Positions 1-14,143 are shown, counted from the stretch's first letter. The stretch: DNA of 64,000 nucleotides from Cyanophora paradoxa CCMP329 (GCA_004431415.1 QPMI01000496.1:434001-498000); one strand, 5' to 3'. Translations and numbers: made by a program. Notes: generated from the sequence alone by a model not told the origin.

Positions 1-3000
1 CCCGTCGTCGACCTCGACGGCCCCGAGCCTGAGCACGGCCACGGCCCCAAGCGCGCGCTCGTCCCCATGGCGAGCGCCGCCGGCGCCGGCGCCGGCGCCG
101 CACCTGCAGTATCCGCGAAGCTCGCTTCGTCATCCTCGGACTACGAGCTCGACGGCAAGGGCGGGAAGGGCTCAAACACGGCGAGCTGGACCCCGGGGTC
201 CGACGACGCCCGCGTCCTGGAGCCGGAGCCGCCGGGCTCGACGCGGCTCGTGTACGACCTCTCCAAGGCCCCGCAGTCCGACGCGGAGAACGCCGTGCGG
301 GCCTTCGACAACGGCGCCGAGGACGCGGGCCTGAAGCAGCGGCTGCCGCCGCCGTCTTCCATGACATCGGCGGAGCTCGAGATGGCGGCGGCCGGCGCGC
401 CGTCACCGGCGCCGATCCCGATGCCGGCGAAGTGGTCGGTCGATCCCGAAGGGGAGGAGGCCGCGCCGGACGCGCCGCAGCCGCGGCCCTCGCAGGCGCC
501 CATCCTCCGCCGCCGCTCGCTCATGGCGACGTCGCACGCGCACTCGAGCTCGCCCGAGCCCGAGGGCGCCGGCCGCGCCTCCAACTGGCACCCCCGCGTC
601 TCCGTCCAGTACGCGAGCGGCGCCGGCGGCAAAGGCGGCGACGACGAGTCCGACGGCAGCGAGACGGGCGCGGCCAGGGCGGCCAAGGTCGCCCCGGCGC
701 CGGCGCCGGCGCACGCGTACGCCGCCGTCACGAGCGCGACGCTCGCCGAGATACTCGGCATGCACGCGCGGCCCACGGCGGGATCGGGCGCCGACGCGGA
801 CGCGGCCCCCGCGCCGCGGGCCGCGCCGGCGGCAACGGCGGCCGAGGAGACGGAGAAGGAGAAGGAAGAGGAGGAGGGCGAGGGCGAGTCGGCGGCGGCG
901 GTCGTGCAGACGGGCTCCATCTTCAGGCGCATGGTCCTCCGCTACCTCACCGCCTTCGGTGCGCCCCCGCCAGTCTCTGACCATAGCTTCAGCGAAGCTC
1001 TCATAGGCTTCGAATTCTAAGCGGCGCTGATCGCGCTCGCTTGCTCGCTTTTTTGGCGCGCAGCGGTGCTGGCGTCGCTGGGCTGCGTCGGCTACGGCCT
1101 CTGCGCCTGGCTCATCAACACCTCCAGCGAGGTGCGGCCCCGCCAGCCCGCCCGCCGCGCACATCAGCGTGTCTGCTGGCTCTGCTGGCCAGGCCATGGG
1201 TGCAATCTTAAGCTTCCTAGACCGCCCGAACTGATCCTCCATGGTCATGGCACACCCGCGTCGTTTATAATTAGATTAATTGATGTTCGAGATGCATGGA
1301 GCGGTCTAGAATTTGGCTATGAAATCGTCGACTGACTTTCGCGCCAGGCCGTCTCGGTCATCCGCTACGCCGGGTACCGCCGGCACCACACGCGCTACAT
1401 CGTCTACCTCGCCCGCGACGTGCGCCCACGAAATTACCTTCCAATTTCCTCATGATTTCCGGTGTGCTGACGCCGATGCCGGGCGTGCCTCAGATGTACC
1501 TCAACAACGGCGTGGCCGGTGCGCCTTCACATTTCCGCCAACATTTCCACCGCCGCCGCCACCAATGCCGCGCCCGCCCCACAGGCTTCACGAAGGCGGA
1601 GGCCGTCAACCTCGTGCTGGAGTCCATGCAGGTCCGATTAATTCGCCCACCATTCCGCATCCGCTTTCGCCGAACCGACCGAGCCGGACCGAACGCATCG
1701 CGAGCGCAGGCGCTGGAGCTGGCGCACGCGGGGCTGCGGTACGGCAACGCGACGGACAACGTCAAGTCCACCTACAGCAAGTGCGTCCGCGTCCACGGGC
1801 GCCGGCGCGGGCGCGGGCGCTCGTCCTTTCGCCCTTCCCTTCCCTTCGCTGAGGCGCCCCTTTCCCCCTGTCCCGCGCGCGCGCAGCCTGCAGGCGCAGC
1901 GGGACCTGCTGTACGGGACGCCGTGCCTGCGCGGCGACGGCGACTGCAGCGCCGCCAAGCTCGGCTACCTCGCCCCCCTCGTCTCCCAGGGCCTCCGTGC
2001 GCCCTGAGCTTCGAGCTCTGCCGTCCTCGCCTGAGCGGCCTCGGCCCTTTCCTGCGCAGAGTTCCTGTACCAGCAGTGGATGGGCCTCCTGGAGCGCATC
2101 CTCAAGGAAAACAAGGTCTACACCGAAGAGTGCGCGAAACTCGCGTGTCTGACGCGGCGGCCACGAGACGTGGAAACGCTGACGCGGCCTCTGCGGCCGG
2201 GCGCGCAGCGGGGAGCTGAACAGGGCGGCGCCCTTCTTCTCGGACCCCTCCCCGAAGCCGCTACCCAAGTCGGAGATGGCGCAGGGCAACCGGGGCTACT
2301 ACTCGGGCAACTACATCGAGCCTAAGAGCGAGGCCATGAAGGCGCGCCCCGCCGTGATACGAGAGCAAATTAAACACGCTCGCGTTTGTCGCGACTAATT
2401 TAAGCGACGTTAATCGTGTTTATCGCGATGGGATTTAGCGTGTCGACGTCCCAGTAGCGTCGATTTGCGTCCCCCGCCCAGAATATTCGTCGATTCCTGA
2501 TCCGTCGCCATCCACGCGCGTCGCTGACGCGGCGGGGCCGCGCGCGCAGACGCTGTTCGACGTGCAGGTGGACTACCTGGAGACGGGCCTCGCGATGAGC
2601 CAGGTCCTCTACGAGGAGGCCGCCAGCGCCGACCTCGCCCGCGCCGACAAGGTCGCGGTGCGCCGAGCTCGAGCCGTCGAGGTCTTGGCCTAGATGAAAT
2701 ACCGATGGGGCTGTAACTGTTCTAGCCCGCTCGCACCTTTGCTTGCGTGGACGCGTTCACCTCGTAAGCTTAAGGCCTCGGGCTCTAGTGACGACGCCGC
2801 GGTCGGCAGGCGGCGGTGCTGGCGGTGCAGCTGGCGGCGATCGCGCTCGTCTTCGGGCTCGTCTTCCGCCCCATCATCCGCCAGCTCCGCGAGGAGTGCG
2901 GCCGCTCCGACGAGCTCCTCCGCATGCTCCCCAAGGAGGTACTAGCTCCAATCAAGGCTTCTTTTGGCGTTCTTCTATGAGAAAATGAATTTAACCTCGT

Positions 3001-3269
3001 CCCGCGGGCAGATGCTGCCGCTGCTGAAGGAGCTGCAGCGCTTCTTCCGGAGCGCGAACGCGGAGGCGGCGGACGAGGCGGGGCGGGGCCTCCTCTCCGA
3101 GGCCGCCGCCTCCCTCGGCGACATCGCCGGCTTCTGCTGCGGCCCCCGCGACCGCCGCGCCCGCCCGGGCCCCGCCCGCGAGCGCTCCGCGTCCATCGCC
3201 CCCGCCGCCCCCTCGGCGCCGTTGGCGGCGTCGACGTCGACGTCGCTCCCGCGGGCCTCTCCCGTATAA
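1..3269 (+). CDS. 3' part of a multi-exon TmcB/TmcC-like (tiny macrocysts) membrane protein; 5' end lies outside the window
   Basis: Spliced exons read ...SIFRRMVLRYLTAF/AVLASLGCVGYGLCAWLINTSSE/...ALELAHAGLRYGN.../LLYGTPCLRGDGDC.../VLAVQLAAIALVFGLVFRPIIRQLREECGRSDELLRMLPKE. The TM + FRP..L..E..R...LL.MLP ending is typical of TmcB-like proteins. Stop at 3267-3269. Confidence 0.55.
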
Positions 3270-5770
3270 TCAACGGGTCTGTGTGATCGCATCGCACAGA
3301 TCTCGCGATCTCGCGCTGGAATTTTCCGATGTTTCGCCCAAAGCTTAAATTTATAATTAGCATCGATATCTGATTGTTACATTTCGGGGGTAGTTTTGCA
3401 TAGCTCGCGTCAGACCGCACTCGGTGCACGTGCTTCTCACAGTGAGTAGTGGCGCGCGGTACTTATTATTATTACATCCGGGCGTACCCGCATCCGGTAT
3501 TTATTGCAGATAGATGCGCGGCTAGCGCTGCAAGCGCTTCGAGTTCTACATGATTCCAGAACTCAAAGCTCTGTGCATGCATTTCCTAAATTCCATCCCT
3601 TTCATGACAAGTCCTTCATGACATGGCGTATTCTTTGCGTTACTTTAACTATATAGGCTAATAGATAGCATGAGTTATTCGTAATATCGATAGCGCACTG
3701 TGTGAGTCAGTGACGCCTGAGTTTGGCATGGCAGGAGATATCGATGTACATGTCAGTCGAGCTTGAAACTTTGAAATGCCTTGAATGTGCATATGCGCAC
3801 GCCGTGACGGGTGCATGCACATTATTGTTTTTGCTAAAGTGGACGTCGCATTGATACACCACGGCACATGTATCAATGTTCGGGTGCATGCACATTATAA
3901 TTAATATTGCACAGCCAGGTGACAGCTTTAAGGGCCACGGGCCAGGTTGCGGCAAGCTCTAGCCTTGCCAAGTTGTTGCAGGGCATTGTTGCAGAACTTG
4001 CGATTGCAGGCTGTGCACGTGCTAGCGCTGCCTGTGCAGCATCGCTGCATCAGACATGCTTGGTGACAACTTGGCAAGTACTGGACACTACTTGTTGAGA
4101 CACTACTACAGTCACAACTTCGACTCACAACAGTTAGCCTAAATATATGCTGCAATGCATACGTAGCTATAGGCTAGTATGTAAACTTAGGCACCAAGAC
4201 AATGCCATGGCAATTTTTTGAAGCACTCCCCCGGAGCCCCTCTAGATCTCCGTCGCCGTACGCGTGGAGTCTCATGATCGATGTCATGATTCGAATACTA
4301 CTAACTAGTACGTACTACGGTACTAGTATACATGTACACGATCACTACTAGTAGTCACTGAGTATACGTTCTTGAATTGATCATGATCATGATCATCGGA
4401 TCGTGAACAGGATCCGACGTCGACGGCGGCCCGGCGCCGCGGCCAGCCTGGCAGGCAGTGGCAGGCACTGCGGCACTGGCCATGGCAGCCTGTTCCCAGA
4501 TTCTGATCGAGAGTCTCATCCTGATTCCTGATCACATGACACAGTGACACTAGTACTGTACATGTGTGACAGACACTGACAGTCTGTCGAGTCTGCAAGC
4601 TGACAGACAGTGACATGTACAGTCCGACGGCCGCGGTCTTTGTAATCTTTTAACATTTCTACCTCCGGCCCCAGGCTACGGGGGGGCCGGCGGGGCTCGC
4701 CCCACCGTAGTCTCTAAAAACCTTCGTTCTCAGTGGAACTTCTCACCGTACTACGGCGTAGTCTCCCCACCGTAGTGACAGCGTAGTCCTTAGAGTTTTG
4801 TTCAGAATTTCGCCTCCTTTTTTTACTTTCTGAATTTCAATTCGTCTATTTTAGCCTTAAAAATTGCTTCCAATCCAAGCGCAAGAAAATGTCCAACATC
4901 CAATCAGGTTGACGTCGAGTCATTGAATCGTCATCAATTCGTCACGTTCGCCGAGTCGTCGAACTGGTTCCAGAGCTTTCGGGAATTCGGATAAGCCAGA
5001 TGCATATCATAGCATACTATGATATGCTGTAACGGATGACGCATGCGTACGGCCTTACGTACGGTTATTGCGGTGTCGCCGAGTCGGTCACACCGCCGGC
5101 CCGGCGCCACGCCACCGTGGCACCGCCGCGCGCGCGGCCGCGCGCGCGTCGCGCGGCCGACTCGCGCCGCCGACTCGTGCGGCTCGCCCGGGTCGCCCCC
5201 CAACTCCGCCGGCGCGTACGTATACGTACGCGTCGACTCTCAGCCCAGAGTCTCGGGGGGTAGGGCCTTCGCCGAGTCGTATTCGCGGCCGGGCGTGCAC
5301 GTGAGGGGCACTGAGGGGCCAGTGAGGGCACTAGTACTGCCAGGCTGCATGGAAGCGAGGTCGCGACCGGCCCGGGCAAGTTGGCAGCAACTGGCAGCTA
5401 GGCCCTAGGCTAGCGCTCTGCAATTGAGACTCTGAGAGCGCTCTAGATCTGCAACGGTGAGACCCAATATTAATTGCAAGCTCATCGCGCGCAATCGTGA
5501 GCCTTGCCAAGTTGAAGGCGCACGCAGCACCACCGCCGCCGAGTCGGCGCGGACAGGGCTCTGCGCGCCCGCTCTCTGAATTCGAAGTACTCGGCGGGAT
5601 CGGATCATCGAATGCACGCAGCTACAGTACTATAGCTAGTGGCGATGGGCCGAGACAGCTAATTATAAAGCGAGACGAGCTCGAGCCGCGGCCTCTTCGT
5701 ATGTACCTCCAAAGCAGTCGTTGCCCGCAGCGCCTTCGTCAGCGCTAACTACGGCCCCCATTTTCATGAG

Positions 5771-8700
5771 ATGAGCTCGAGCGTTCTACGGGCCCTGCCC
5801 TATGTCCCAGCGACGCTGCTCGTTCGGGCCCTCCCACAGCTCCGGCAGCTCAGCGAGGGGACGAAGTCGGCCATCGCGACGGTTTCGGGGGCTGCTCTCT
5901 TTTTGGATGGTGCGTCATGCACGTGTACACGTGCACCCTAGAGCTCTATATGCATATGGCCGAACCGCGCGGCCCGCCCTCGCGACCGCCCTCGCGGCAG
6001 TCGTGCTACGGTACCTCCCATTGCAAGGCTCACCTAGGGGTTCTGCAATCGCGCAGTGAGCGGTTTCAGCGGCCTCGCTCGCAGCCTTGCCCGCTCCGAT
6101 GCCTCAAGCGCCGCCGACCAGGTGCGCACGCTCGTAGTGGATGCATATATGCAGTCGACGTCGACGTCGCGTGTCTGTGTGCCATACATGTACATGTTTT
6201 ACTGACCGCCACGCACCCATTTGCATCTTCAGCTCATGACGACTCTCAACGCGTTCCTCCTCCAGCTTGTGAGCCGCCTGCATGCTCGGGGCGCCGAGAT
6301 CCTCGTCTTCGGTCCGCCTTGCATGCGCATCGTGGCTGCGCGCGAGTGCGCCGTTTCCGACAATATATATTTAGCTAACCCACGTGCACGCCCGCCCTCA
6401 TCCGCAGCCGGAGATGCGGTGAGCTCGAGTGTCGTTTTCGCGGCCCAGAATGCGGTTGCAATTGCTCCGGGCTGCGGGCTGAGGATAGCTGTAGGTCGTG
6501 GCGTTCATCGGTGCAAGCGGCGGCCGGACCCTGCGGGAAGCGACCGCGCTGGCGGTGGAGGCGGCGCGCGACGTCCAGGCCATCGCCTTCGAGCGGGGCG
6601 GGCAACGGCTGACGGCGCACACCGGTAGCGCCCGCTGCGATTGCCGTTAACGTTAACGTTGCACGCGTGCCATCTCCCGCGTTGGAACGCTAATTATAAC
6701 CCGCAACAGGCGTCGGGGCGGGCGACCTGCACATCTACCTCCTCCGAGGGAGTCAGAGGGCCGCCCAAGCGCTCTACGCCGGCGAGCTCATCGCACAAGG
6801 TCAGCGAGTCTCGGTTAAAACGTTGAAGTCGTCATTGGCTGCTTGGGTGCTGACGCGTACGGGCCGCGGGTGGGTCGGGGCGGGTGCAGTCTGCGAGGCT
6901 CAGCGGAACTCGAAGGGAAACGACATCGTCCTCTCTGCTGAGGCCTTCGCCCTTCTCGAACACGGATGCGCCGCAGAGCTCCTTCCGGCCGCCTCCGTCA
7001 AGATCGGCGCCGGCGCCCGCCGGCGCGCTCTCCACCGCCTCCTGCCACCCCCAGAGGGCCGCCCCCCGAGCCGGACGCTGGCGCCGGCGTCGACCGGTGG
7101 AACTCGAAACGCGTGCGCGTGCGGGGCGCCGCTGCGGGCGGAGGCGCGGGAGGCGGAGGCGGAGCTGGCGCCGTTCGCCGAGGAACTGTTCTTGCTCGCC
7201 CCCCGTGCGCGAAACTAAAATTAAAATCCCTATCCCGGCGATCGCAAGCCGCGGACTTTGCTTTCCTGGCCGGCGACTCATGATCATGCAAATGCGAGGC
7301 AGGCGCAGCGACGTCGACGGTGGGCGACGATGCGAAGAGCGCATTTTTCGCGCACGACATCCGCACCGTCTTCGCCGTCTTTGGTTCGTATTTGCCATCG
7401 CCATTGATGGCGGCAATTATTTGAATATTGACTGAATTCTGGTTTCCGTCTTACCCTTCGTTGTCCCAGCCTCCTTCCCCGAATTAGACGATGCGGACTG
7501 GTGCTGGTCGCAGCCGACTGAGACGCCGCCTGATTATGAGGCCGAGGGGGTTACGGGCGGAACCCCGGGCGAATTTGAGGGCGGGCGGTCGACGGGTCGA
7601 TACCGGAGCCCCCGCGCGCGCCACGCAGCACGCTTTGGCCAGGTGCGCCCCGCGACAGCCCTCCGGATTCGCGGGCCCCCGCACGATCGGAATGCGAACG
7701 TTAACGAGGGCGCAGGTCGTACGCTCGGTGCACCGAGTGGCGGAAGACTTCGGCGGCAGCGTCAACAAGATTCTGATAGACGACAAGGCGCGCCCGCGCG
7801 GCCCGGCTCGGAAATTGATACCGGCCCTGCCCCTCTTTCAACGGGCGAGACGGGCCGGGGCGCAGGGGGCGTCGGCGATCATCGGGTTCGGGCTGCCGGG
7901 CGGCTTCGCCCACGAGGACGACGCGGAGCGCGCCGTGCGGGCCGCCCTCGCCCTCCAGGCCTGGTTCCGCGAGAGCGCCGCCCCCTTCGCCTGCGGCGTG
8001 CGCCCCCGCCCGGCCCCGGCCCTAGCGATCGGCCCTCCGCGCATCTCCCAAACGCGAATTAACACGAGGCCTTGCAATTGTCGACAGATTGCGGCGGGGC
8101 GGACCTTCTGCGGCACACTCGGCGCCCCCTGCAGAAAAGAATACGCCCTCGTGCGCCCCCGCGCCCCTGCCACGCCTCGCCGCCCCGCCCCCGCGCCGGC
8201 CGAGACGGGGGCGGGGCGGCAGATCGGGGACTCGGTGGTTCGTCCGCGAAAATCGGATCGAAACCGTCGCCGCGCGAACTGCCGCTGACTGCTAATTATA
8301 ACCGCAGATCCTTGCGGCGCGCCTGATGGGCAAGGCACGGGAGGCGGTCGCGGCTGGCCTGGCCCGGGTCCGGACGGGAGAAGCGGAGCCCAAGGTCGGC
8401 GCCCCGCTGCAGGAGGTCCTCTGCGACCAGAGCATCGTCGCGGGCGTGGCGGGCCGCGGCCGCTCGACGGTGCGCGCGCGCCGCCGCGGGCCCGCGGCCG
8501 TTGCAGCGCTAACCGCCGAACGCTAACCTCACGCACGGCGTGCCACGCAGGGGCTCTCCTTCGAAGCGCTGCCGCCAGCGGGCTTCAAGGGCTTCGCAGA
8601 GGCGGTGCCCGTCTTCCGCCCGGGCAACAGCGCCGCGACGACGTCGATTCGGCGGAGGGACGGCGTGACGTCACGGCGCTCGTCGATCGCCAGCGAGGCG

Positions 8701-11700
8701 CGCGGCCTCGTCCCGGGCGCGGCCGCGCACCTGCACCCCGTCTCGCTCCTCGGCCGGTGCCCTTTTCCCCTCCCTCCTCCGTCTCTTCCTCAAGCTCCGA
8801 CGCGACTTCGGATTCGCGAATGCAGCGACGCTGAGCTGGAGAGGGCGGTCGGAGCGGTGGAGGCGCTCGCTGCCCGGGGGCGCGGCTCGACGCTCGTGAT
8901 CGAGGCGGAGGCCGGGATGGGAAAGACACGCCTGGTCCGCGAGCTCCGGCGCGCCTGCGCCGCCCGCGGCGTCCTCACCCTGTCCTCTGCCGCCTCCGCC
9001 GTCGAGGTCCGCGATTTGCGCTGCCTGTCGCGAATTTCGCGGCCAATTTCGCGGATTTTCGCAGGAGTCGACTCCGCTGTGGGCGCTGCGCGGGCTGGTC
9101 GCGTCTGTGGCGGAAACGTCGAGCGGGGAGGCGCTGGCGGCGGACCTCGAGCGGCGGCGGCTCCTGGCCGCCCCTGATGCGGCGCTTCTGTGGGAGACCC
9201 TCTTCGGTGGTGGCGGCGGCGCCGGCGACGTCGTGCCGTTCGTGTCGCTCAGGAGTCGCTCCAGTCGCGGCCGATCGCGAAGGCGGCCGCGGCCCGATCG
9301 CGAGTCGAACGCGGATACGGCCGCGGATGGCGAGGCGAGCGCCTCGGAGGTCGACGGGCGGAGCTCGTACAGGCCGCTGGACGCCTCGCGCGGCCGCCTG
9401 GCGTCGGTCTTCGGGGTCGGCCTCGTCACCCGCGTCGCCGCCACCCTTGCCCGGTGCGGCGCCTCTCCGGCTCGGGCCGGCGCCCCGGGCCCGCCCCGTC
9501 CGATCCGTCTACCTCACGCACCCGGGCCCCAGCCTCATCTCGGGGCTGGAGCAGTCGCGGCCGCCGCCGGCCGTGGCCGCGGGGAGTGGGCCGCAGGACG
9601 CGACGGCACCGGCGCCAATTGCAACGTCGACCCGCGTGGCCTTGCTGCTCGAGGACGTTCACTGGATGGATTCGTACGCTTCTTTCATCTGTATATATCA
9701 ACTTGACCCTCGAGCTTACACTAAAGGCGAGCGATCGCGATTTATTCTCTTGACTCGCAAATTTCGCGCTCGCAGGGTCTCGTGGTTCGTGGTCCGCTGC
9801 ATCAGGGACGCGTGCCCGGGAGTCCTGGTACCCACCCCCGCTTCGGTCCGCGTCCCAGCCGGCCGCGGCCCCTCACCTCGCGCGGGTCAGCTGGTTCTGG
9901 CGGCTCGCCCGATGGTCGACCCGCCCCGGGACTACCTCCTTCTCTCTGGGCAGCTGCAGGACCCAGCGGGCCCAGGGGGGCTCCTCCCCGCATCCAGCTC
10001 CACCTCGAGCATGAGCACCGCCCCGTCCCCCCCGATCTCGCGCGCCCCCCGCGAAAGCTTCTTCTCGAGCGGCAAGAGCGGGAAGATTCGGCCCCCGGGA
10101 TCCGACATGCGGCGGGCGTTGCAGCTGGCGCCGGTGGACTCAAGCTTAAGCGGCCCGTTTCCATCACCGGAGGCGAGATCCATGGCCAGAGCGACGGGGA
10201 CCATCGGCCGGCTGCCCCCGCTGCGCGCCAACGCCCGCGCCGTCCTCCTGCGCCTCGGCCCCATCAGCAGGACGGCCGCGCACGACCTACTCATGGCCCG
10301 CCGCCCTCCATCCGCTCGTGCCCCTAGGCCTCGCGCCTCTCACGCACCGCCGACAGGCCCTCTCGAGCGCCATGTCGGTCTCTTGGTCTCCGGTGCGTAC
10401 AGCGGCGAGCCGGCCTTCGTTACACTCTAGATCTCCACCTCGGCCGACAGCAGACAGCTGTAGCAAATTATGACGCTGTCCCCGGTCCGCAGGGCGCTGT
10501 GGAGCGAGTCTTGGACAAGGCCGCCGGCGGTGCGACTAATTAAAATTCGCGCAGCGCCGCAGATCTATAGCTAGATGACCCGGGCCAGACCGCGGCCTGC
10601 GCTCGTGATCGCAAGTACGCAGTTCGAGTTCGATATTTGACTCGAGGCGCATGCGCAGTGCCCCTCTTCCTGGTGGAGCTTTGCAGGCAGCACGCGACGG
10701 CGGCCGGCGCGGGCGCCGGCCCCGGCGGGGCCCTCCCAACAACCTCCTCCGACGCCGCGCTCCAATTGCAAGTCCCCGACTCGGCGCGTCCGTACCGATC
10801 TCAGTCGACGTCCCACCGGCGTCGCCATAAATATGCACTAATTATAATTTGACGTTTGAGGGGGGCGCAGATTCAGCAGATCGTGCTGGCGCGGGTCGAC
10901 CAGCTGCCGCCCCAGGCGCAGGCCGTCCTCAAGCTCCTCGCCGTCATCGGCTCCGACTTCAGCCGAGAGCAGGCCCTCGCGACGGACCCCAGCGGCCTCG
11001 GCCCCGCCGCCGTCCGCCGCGCCTTCCGCACCCTCCGCCGCGCCGGCCTCATCGTCGTCCGCCCCTGGCCACACCCGCCCGCCCCCTTCGATTAGACTTG
11101 CGTGCAGCCACGCAGCTGACAGCTGTCGCTGCACGCGCGCGCAGGAGTCGGGCGGCGTAGATCCGGAGAGGGCGAGCGACGAAGGGGACGACGCCGCGAG
11201 CTCGAGCTCGGCGCAAAGCCTCGCCTCCGACGCCGAGGACGGGGACTTGGAGGGGGCGGAGGGGGCGGACGATGAAGCGCGAGCGTCAACCTTCTGCTTC
11301 TCGCACGGCCTCCTCCGGTGAGACCCGCCGGCGAGGCCCGTAGCACCGGGCACCCCCTCAGACTCTGAGAGCCAACCGGCGGCAGGGACGCGGTGTACGC
11401 TGGGATCCCGTCGGGCTTGCGCTGGGAGGTCCACGGCCGCCTCGCCCGCTGGCTCGAGGCCCACCGCCCGGACGACTCGGCCGCCATCGCGTGCGCCCTC
11501 CGCGCCCCAGCGCTTGCCCGATTTCGAGCTTGATTTCGCGGTCCGGCCGGATCCGGGCCGATACTTTTCGCAGGCTCCACTGGAAGGCGGCAGGCGAGCC
11601 CGAGCGGGCGCTCCTGCACCTCGAGCGGGCGGCGCGGGCGGCGGCGCGCGCCAACGCGCTGCGCGAGGCGCGCCGCCTCTTCGGCGAGCTCGTCGCCGCC

Positions 11701-13629
11701 GTCGACGACCTCGCGCTCTGCGGCCCGCCGCCTTCCCGCCCTCCCCGCCCGCTCCGGCCCGCCGCGAGCGTCGCCCCGGCGCCGTGGGGGCCCGACGCCG
11801 CTCCTCTAGCTCGGTCGCGGCGCCGCGCGGCGCGGAGGAGGCGGCGCGGTGGCGCGCGGTGCGGGCTGGGGCGCTGCGGCACCTCGCCCTGGCGGAGAAT
11901 TTCTCGGGCGCGTTCGAGGCGGCCGGGCAGGCGGCCGAGGCCTGCGTCGCCTGCCTCGGCGAGCCCATGCCCCGCTCCCGCATCGGGCCCGCCGCCGCCC
12001 TCGGTCCGCCCTGCCCCGCCCGGCCCGCGGCCGCCCGCTCGACTCGGACGTAAATTAAAGTCCTCCTGATCATGACCCGCTGCGCATGCAGGAATCTACC
12101 TCCGCGCCCGGGGCGCGGCGCGGCGCGTGGGGAAGGCGGCGCGGCCCGGCTCCCACTGGCTGCACGCCCCGGAGAGCGAGGAGCAGCGCGGGGCGCTGCT
12201 CGACGCCTCCCTCATCCTGGGCTGGACCGGCCTGCTCAAGGTATTTAAAATAAGTGATTTATAGACCTTCGAATTCATATTTGATCGTTCCTCTGTCCTG
12301 TAGGAGGCCTTCGGCGGACGCGGCGGGCTGCCGTGGGTCGCCCTCGCACTTCTTCGCGCCTACGAAATTTCCGGTGTGCATGCACGCTCCGCTTAAGATT
12401 CATTTCTGACCGATTGCTCGTTCAATGCTTGTCCGGACCGGACCCCTTCTAGTCTCATCCCCTGGGCGCGCAGAGGGGACGCCGCGGGAACGCATCGGGG
12501 TCGCCGACTGCCGGTGAGACCGCAGCTCCCCCGGCCCCACCCTCGTCCGATCTCCCTCTCCCTGTGCTGATGCCAAGGCCGCTATCTGCAGCGTCTGGGC
12601 CAATTTCAGCAGCCTGCTGGACGGCATCGGATTTTCCGCGCAGGGCGCCGCTCTGCTCGCGCAGGTCCGACCGTCCCGCCCCCGCCCCCGCCCGTTCGAT
12701 CCGTGTGGTCTGCATCCGGGCGCGCGGCCGACCGTTCGTTGGGGACAGGCGCGGGAGCTGGCGGAGAGGCTGAACAACGACACGGCGAGGGCGGCAGTTG
12801 AGAACCACGCCGGAATGCAGGCCTGCAGGGTGGGAGACTTTGCCGAGGGCGCCCGCCGGTGCGCCCGCCGCGAAACCGATCCCCCGCGCGAAATCTAAAT
12901 TAACCGACGCGCGCAACTGCATTAAAATTGACGAATCTGCGCGAAAACGAAACCTGCGAGCTTCGGAAGCCACTAATCCTATGTCGGCGCGGCCCCGTGC
13001 AGATTCCGGGCGGCGGCAGGGCTGGCGAGCCCGCCGCCGAACAGCCACGAGCTGCTGGCGTCGGCGGCGATGTCGCTGCTGCTCGCCGGCGACCTCGCCG
13101 AGTCGCGCCGCTGCTGCGACGAGGCGGCCCTCTTCGCCTCGCGCTTCGGCGCCGACTCGTACGGAGCCTTCCTCGCCGCCCTCGTCGGCGCCCTCGCCGC
13201 CGCCTTCGCCGGCAGCGACGAGGCCGCCGCCGCCCTCCGCCGGGCCGAGCAGGTGCCCGCCTCGAGCTCGCACGCCCCATTGCTCGTTGCAGTCGCTGAG
13301 CAGGGGCGGCGCGCGGGCAGGGCGTGGGAGAGTACAAGGGAGTGCGGTGGTGGGTCCGGGAGCTGGTGCGCGCCGCGCAGTGCCTGCTTGCCTGGAGGGC
13401 CGGGCACGTGGGGGCCGCCCTCTCCCTCGCCGAGGCCTGCACCGCCACCTGGCGCGCCCAGCGCGCCACCTTCGGCTGGCTCGGCCTCCGTGCGCGCGGA
13501 ACTTCGCTGCGACGCCGCCCCGGCCGCTCTCGATCTGACCGCGCCGCCCTCGCCAGTGTTTCCGGCAGTTCTCGTCGAGTTCAGCATGTGGGCGCGGGCG
13601 AGGGCGCGGGCCGTGTGCGCGATCACGAG
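5771..13629 (+). CDS. Soluble adenylate cyclase (ADCY10)-like protein: two class III cyclase domains + STAND/AAA_16 NTPase + helical/TPR region; 5' portion, interrupted by the viral insertion
   Basis: Exonic cyclase motifs: LPYVP...ALFLD/VSGFSGLA, ILVF/AGDA, FGGSVNKILIDDK/GASAIIGFGLPGGFAHEDDAERAV, FCGTLGAPCRKEYAL/IGDSV/ILAARLM. NTPase motifs: Walker A EAEAGMGKT, Walker B LLLEDVHWMD, G/VPLFLVEL. Downstream STAND-type motifs: IVLARVDQLP, FSHGLL/RDAVY. Start codon tentative. Confidence 0.8.
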
Positions 13630-13870
13630 AAAAAATGGTAAAGTGGGGCTACTGTCACCACATCGATTAATTCCCAATATATCAAACAATCCCAATCAAA
13701 ATCCTCTCGATTCTCAGTCTTTACCAATCAGAATTCAACAAATTCTCAGTCTCTCAATCACAATTAATCGAAGTTATATCTTAAATTAATTAATCGAAGT
13801 TATATCTTAAATCTTATTTATCGAAGTTATATCATAATCTCGATTAATTATATTTAATCGAAGTTATATC
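13630..13870 (+). repeat. Left terminal inverted repeat (241 bp) with 4 direct copies of ATCGAAGTTATATC
   Basis: Begins AAAAAATGGTAAAGTGGGG and matches the reverse complement of 25212-25452 with no mismatch seen. Motif copies at 13767, 13793, 13820 and 13857. Confidence 0.95.
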
Positions 13871-13957
13871 CTTTTTATCCGCCGTGTCTCCCATGAATTA
13901 CAAAATTTGATTGCTTTTTTAACATGCTTAAAAGTTATTAAACACAAACATATACCA

Positions 13958-14143
13958 ATGGCTTGGGAAAAGCGCCAAAGAGATGTTAAGGAATGTGGAT
14001 GTCACACAGTATGGGAAGTCCATGATTTCTTTAATGATGAGAGGGAAATGTATCAAGTTTATTGTGAGAAACACAAGCCAATAACAAATAAAAAACAAAC
14101 CATTCACAGTAACCACACAAAACAAAACGTAAAATCTCAGTAA
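13958..14143 (+). CDS. Small viral protein (61 aa), possibly zinc-binding
   Basis: MAWEKRQRDVKECGCHTVW...YCEKH has CxCH and CxxH pairs. ATG is in an A-rich context, downstream of AAAATTTGA and TTAAAAG motifs. Confidence 0.5.
   Translation: MAWEKRQRDVKECGCHTVWEVHDFFNDEREMYQVYCEKHKPITNKKQTIHSNHTKQNVKSQ

Noticed and set aside
3450-5700. Palindrome-rich intergenic DNA (ACTAGT, GTAC, TGCA, short direct repeats) as a possible transposon
   Set aside because: No TIR pair, TSD or coding remnant could be delimited. Similar texture occurs at 37000-39480 and appears to be general intergenic sequence.
13767-13870. TIR motif resembles a loxP arm (ATAACTTCG on the minus strand)
   Set aside because: Only 9 bp match. 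Copies are direct repeats rather than inverted around an 8-bp spacer, and the element has an rve integrase, not a tyrosine recombinase.
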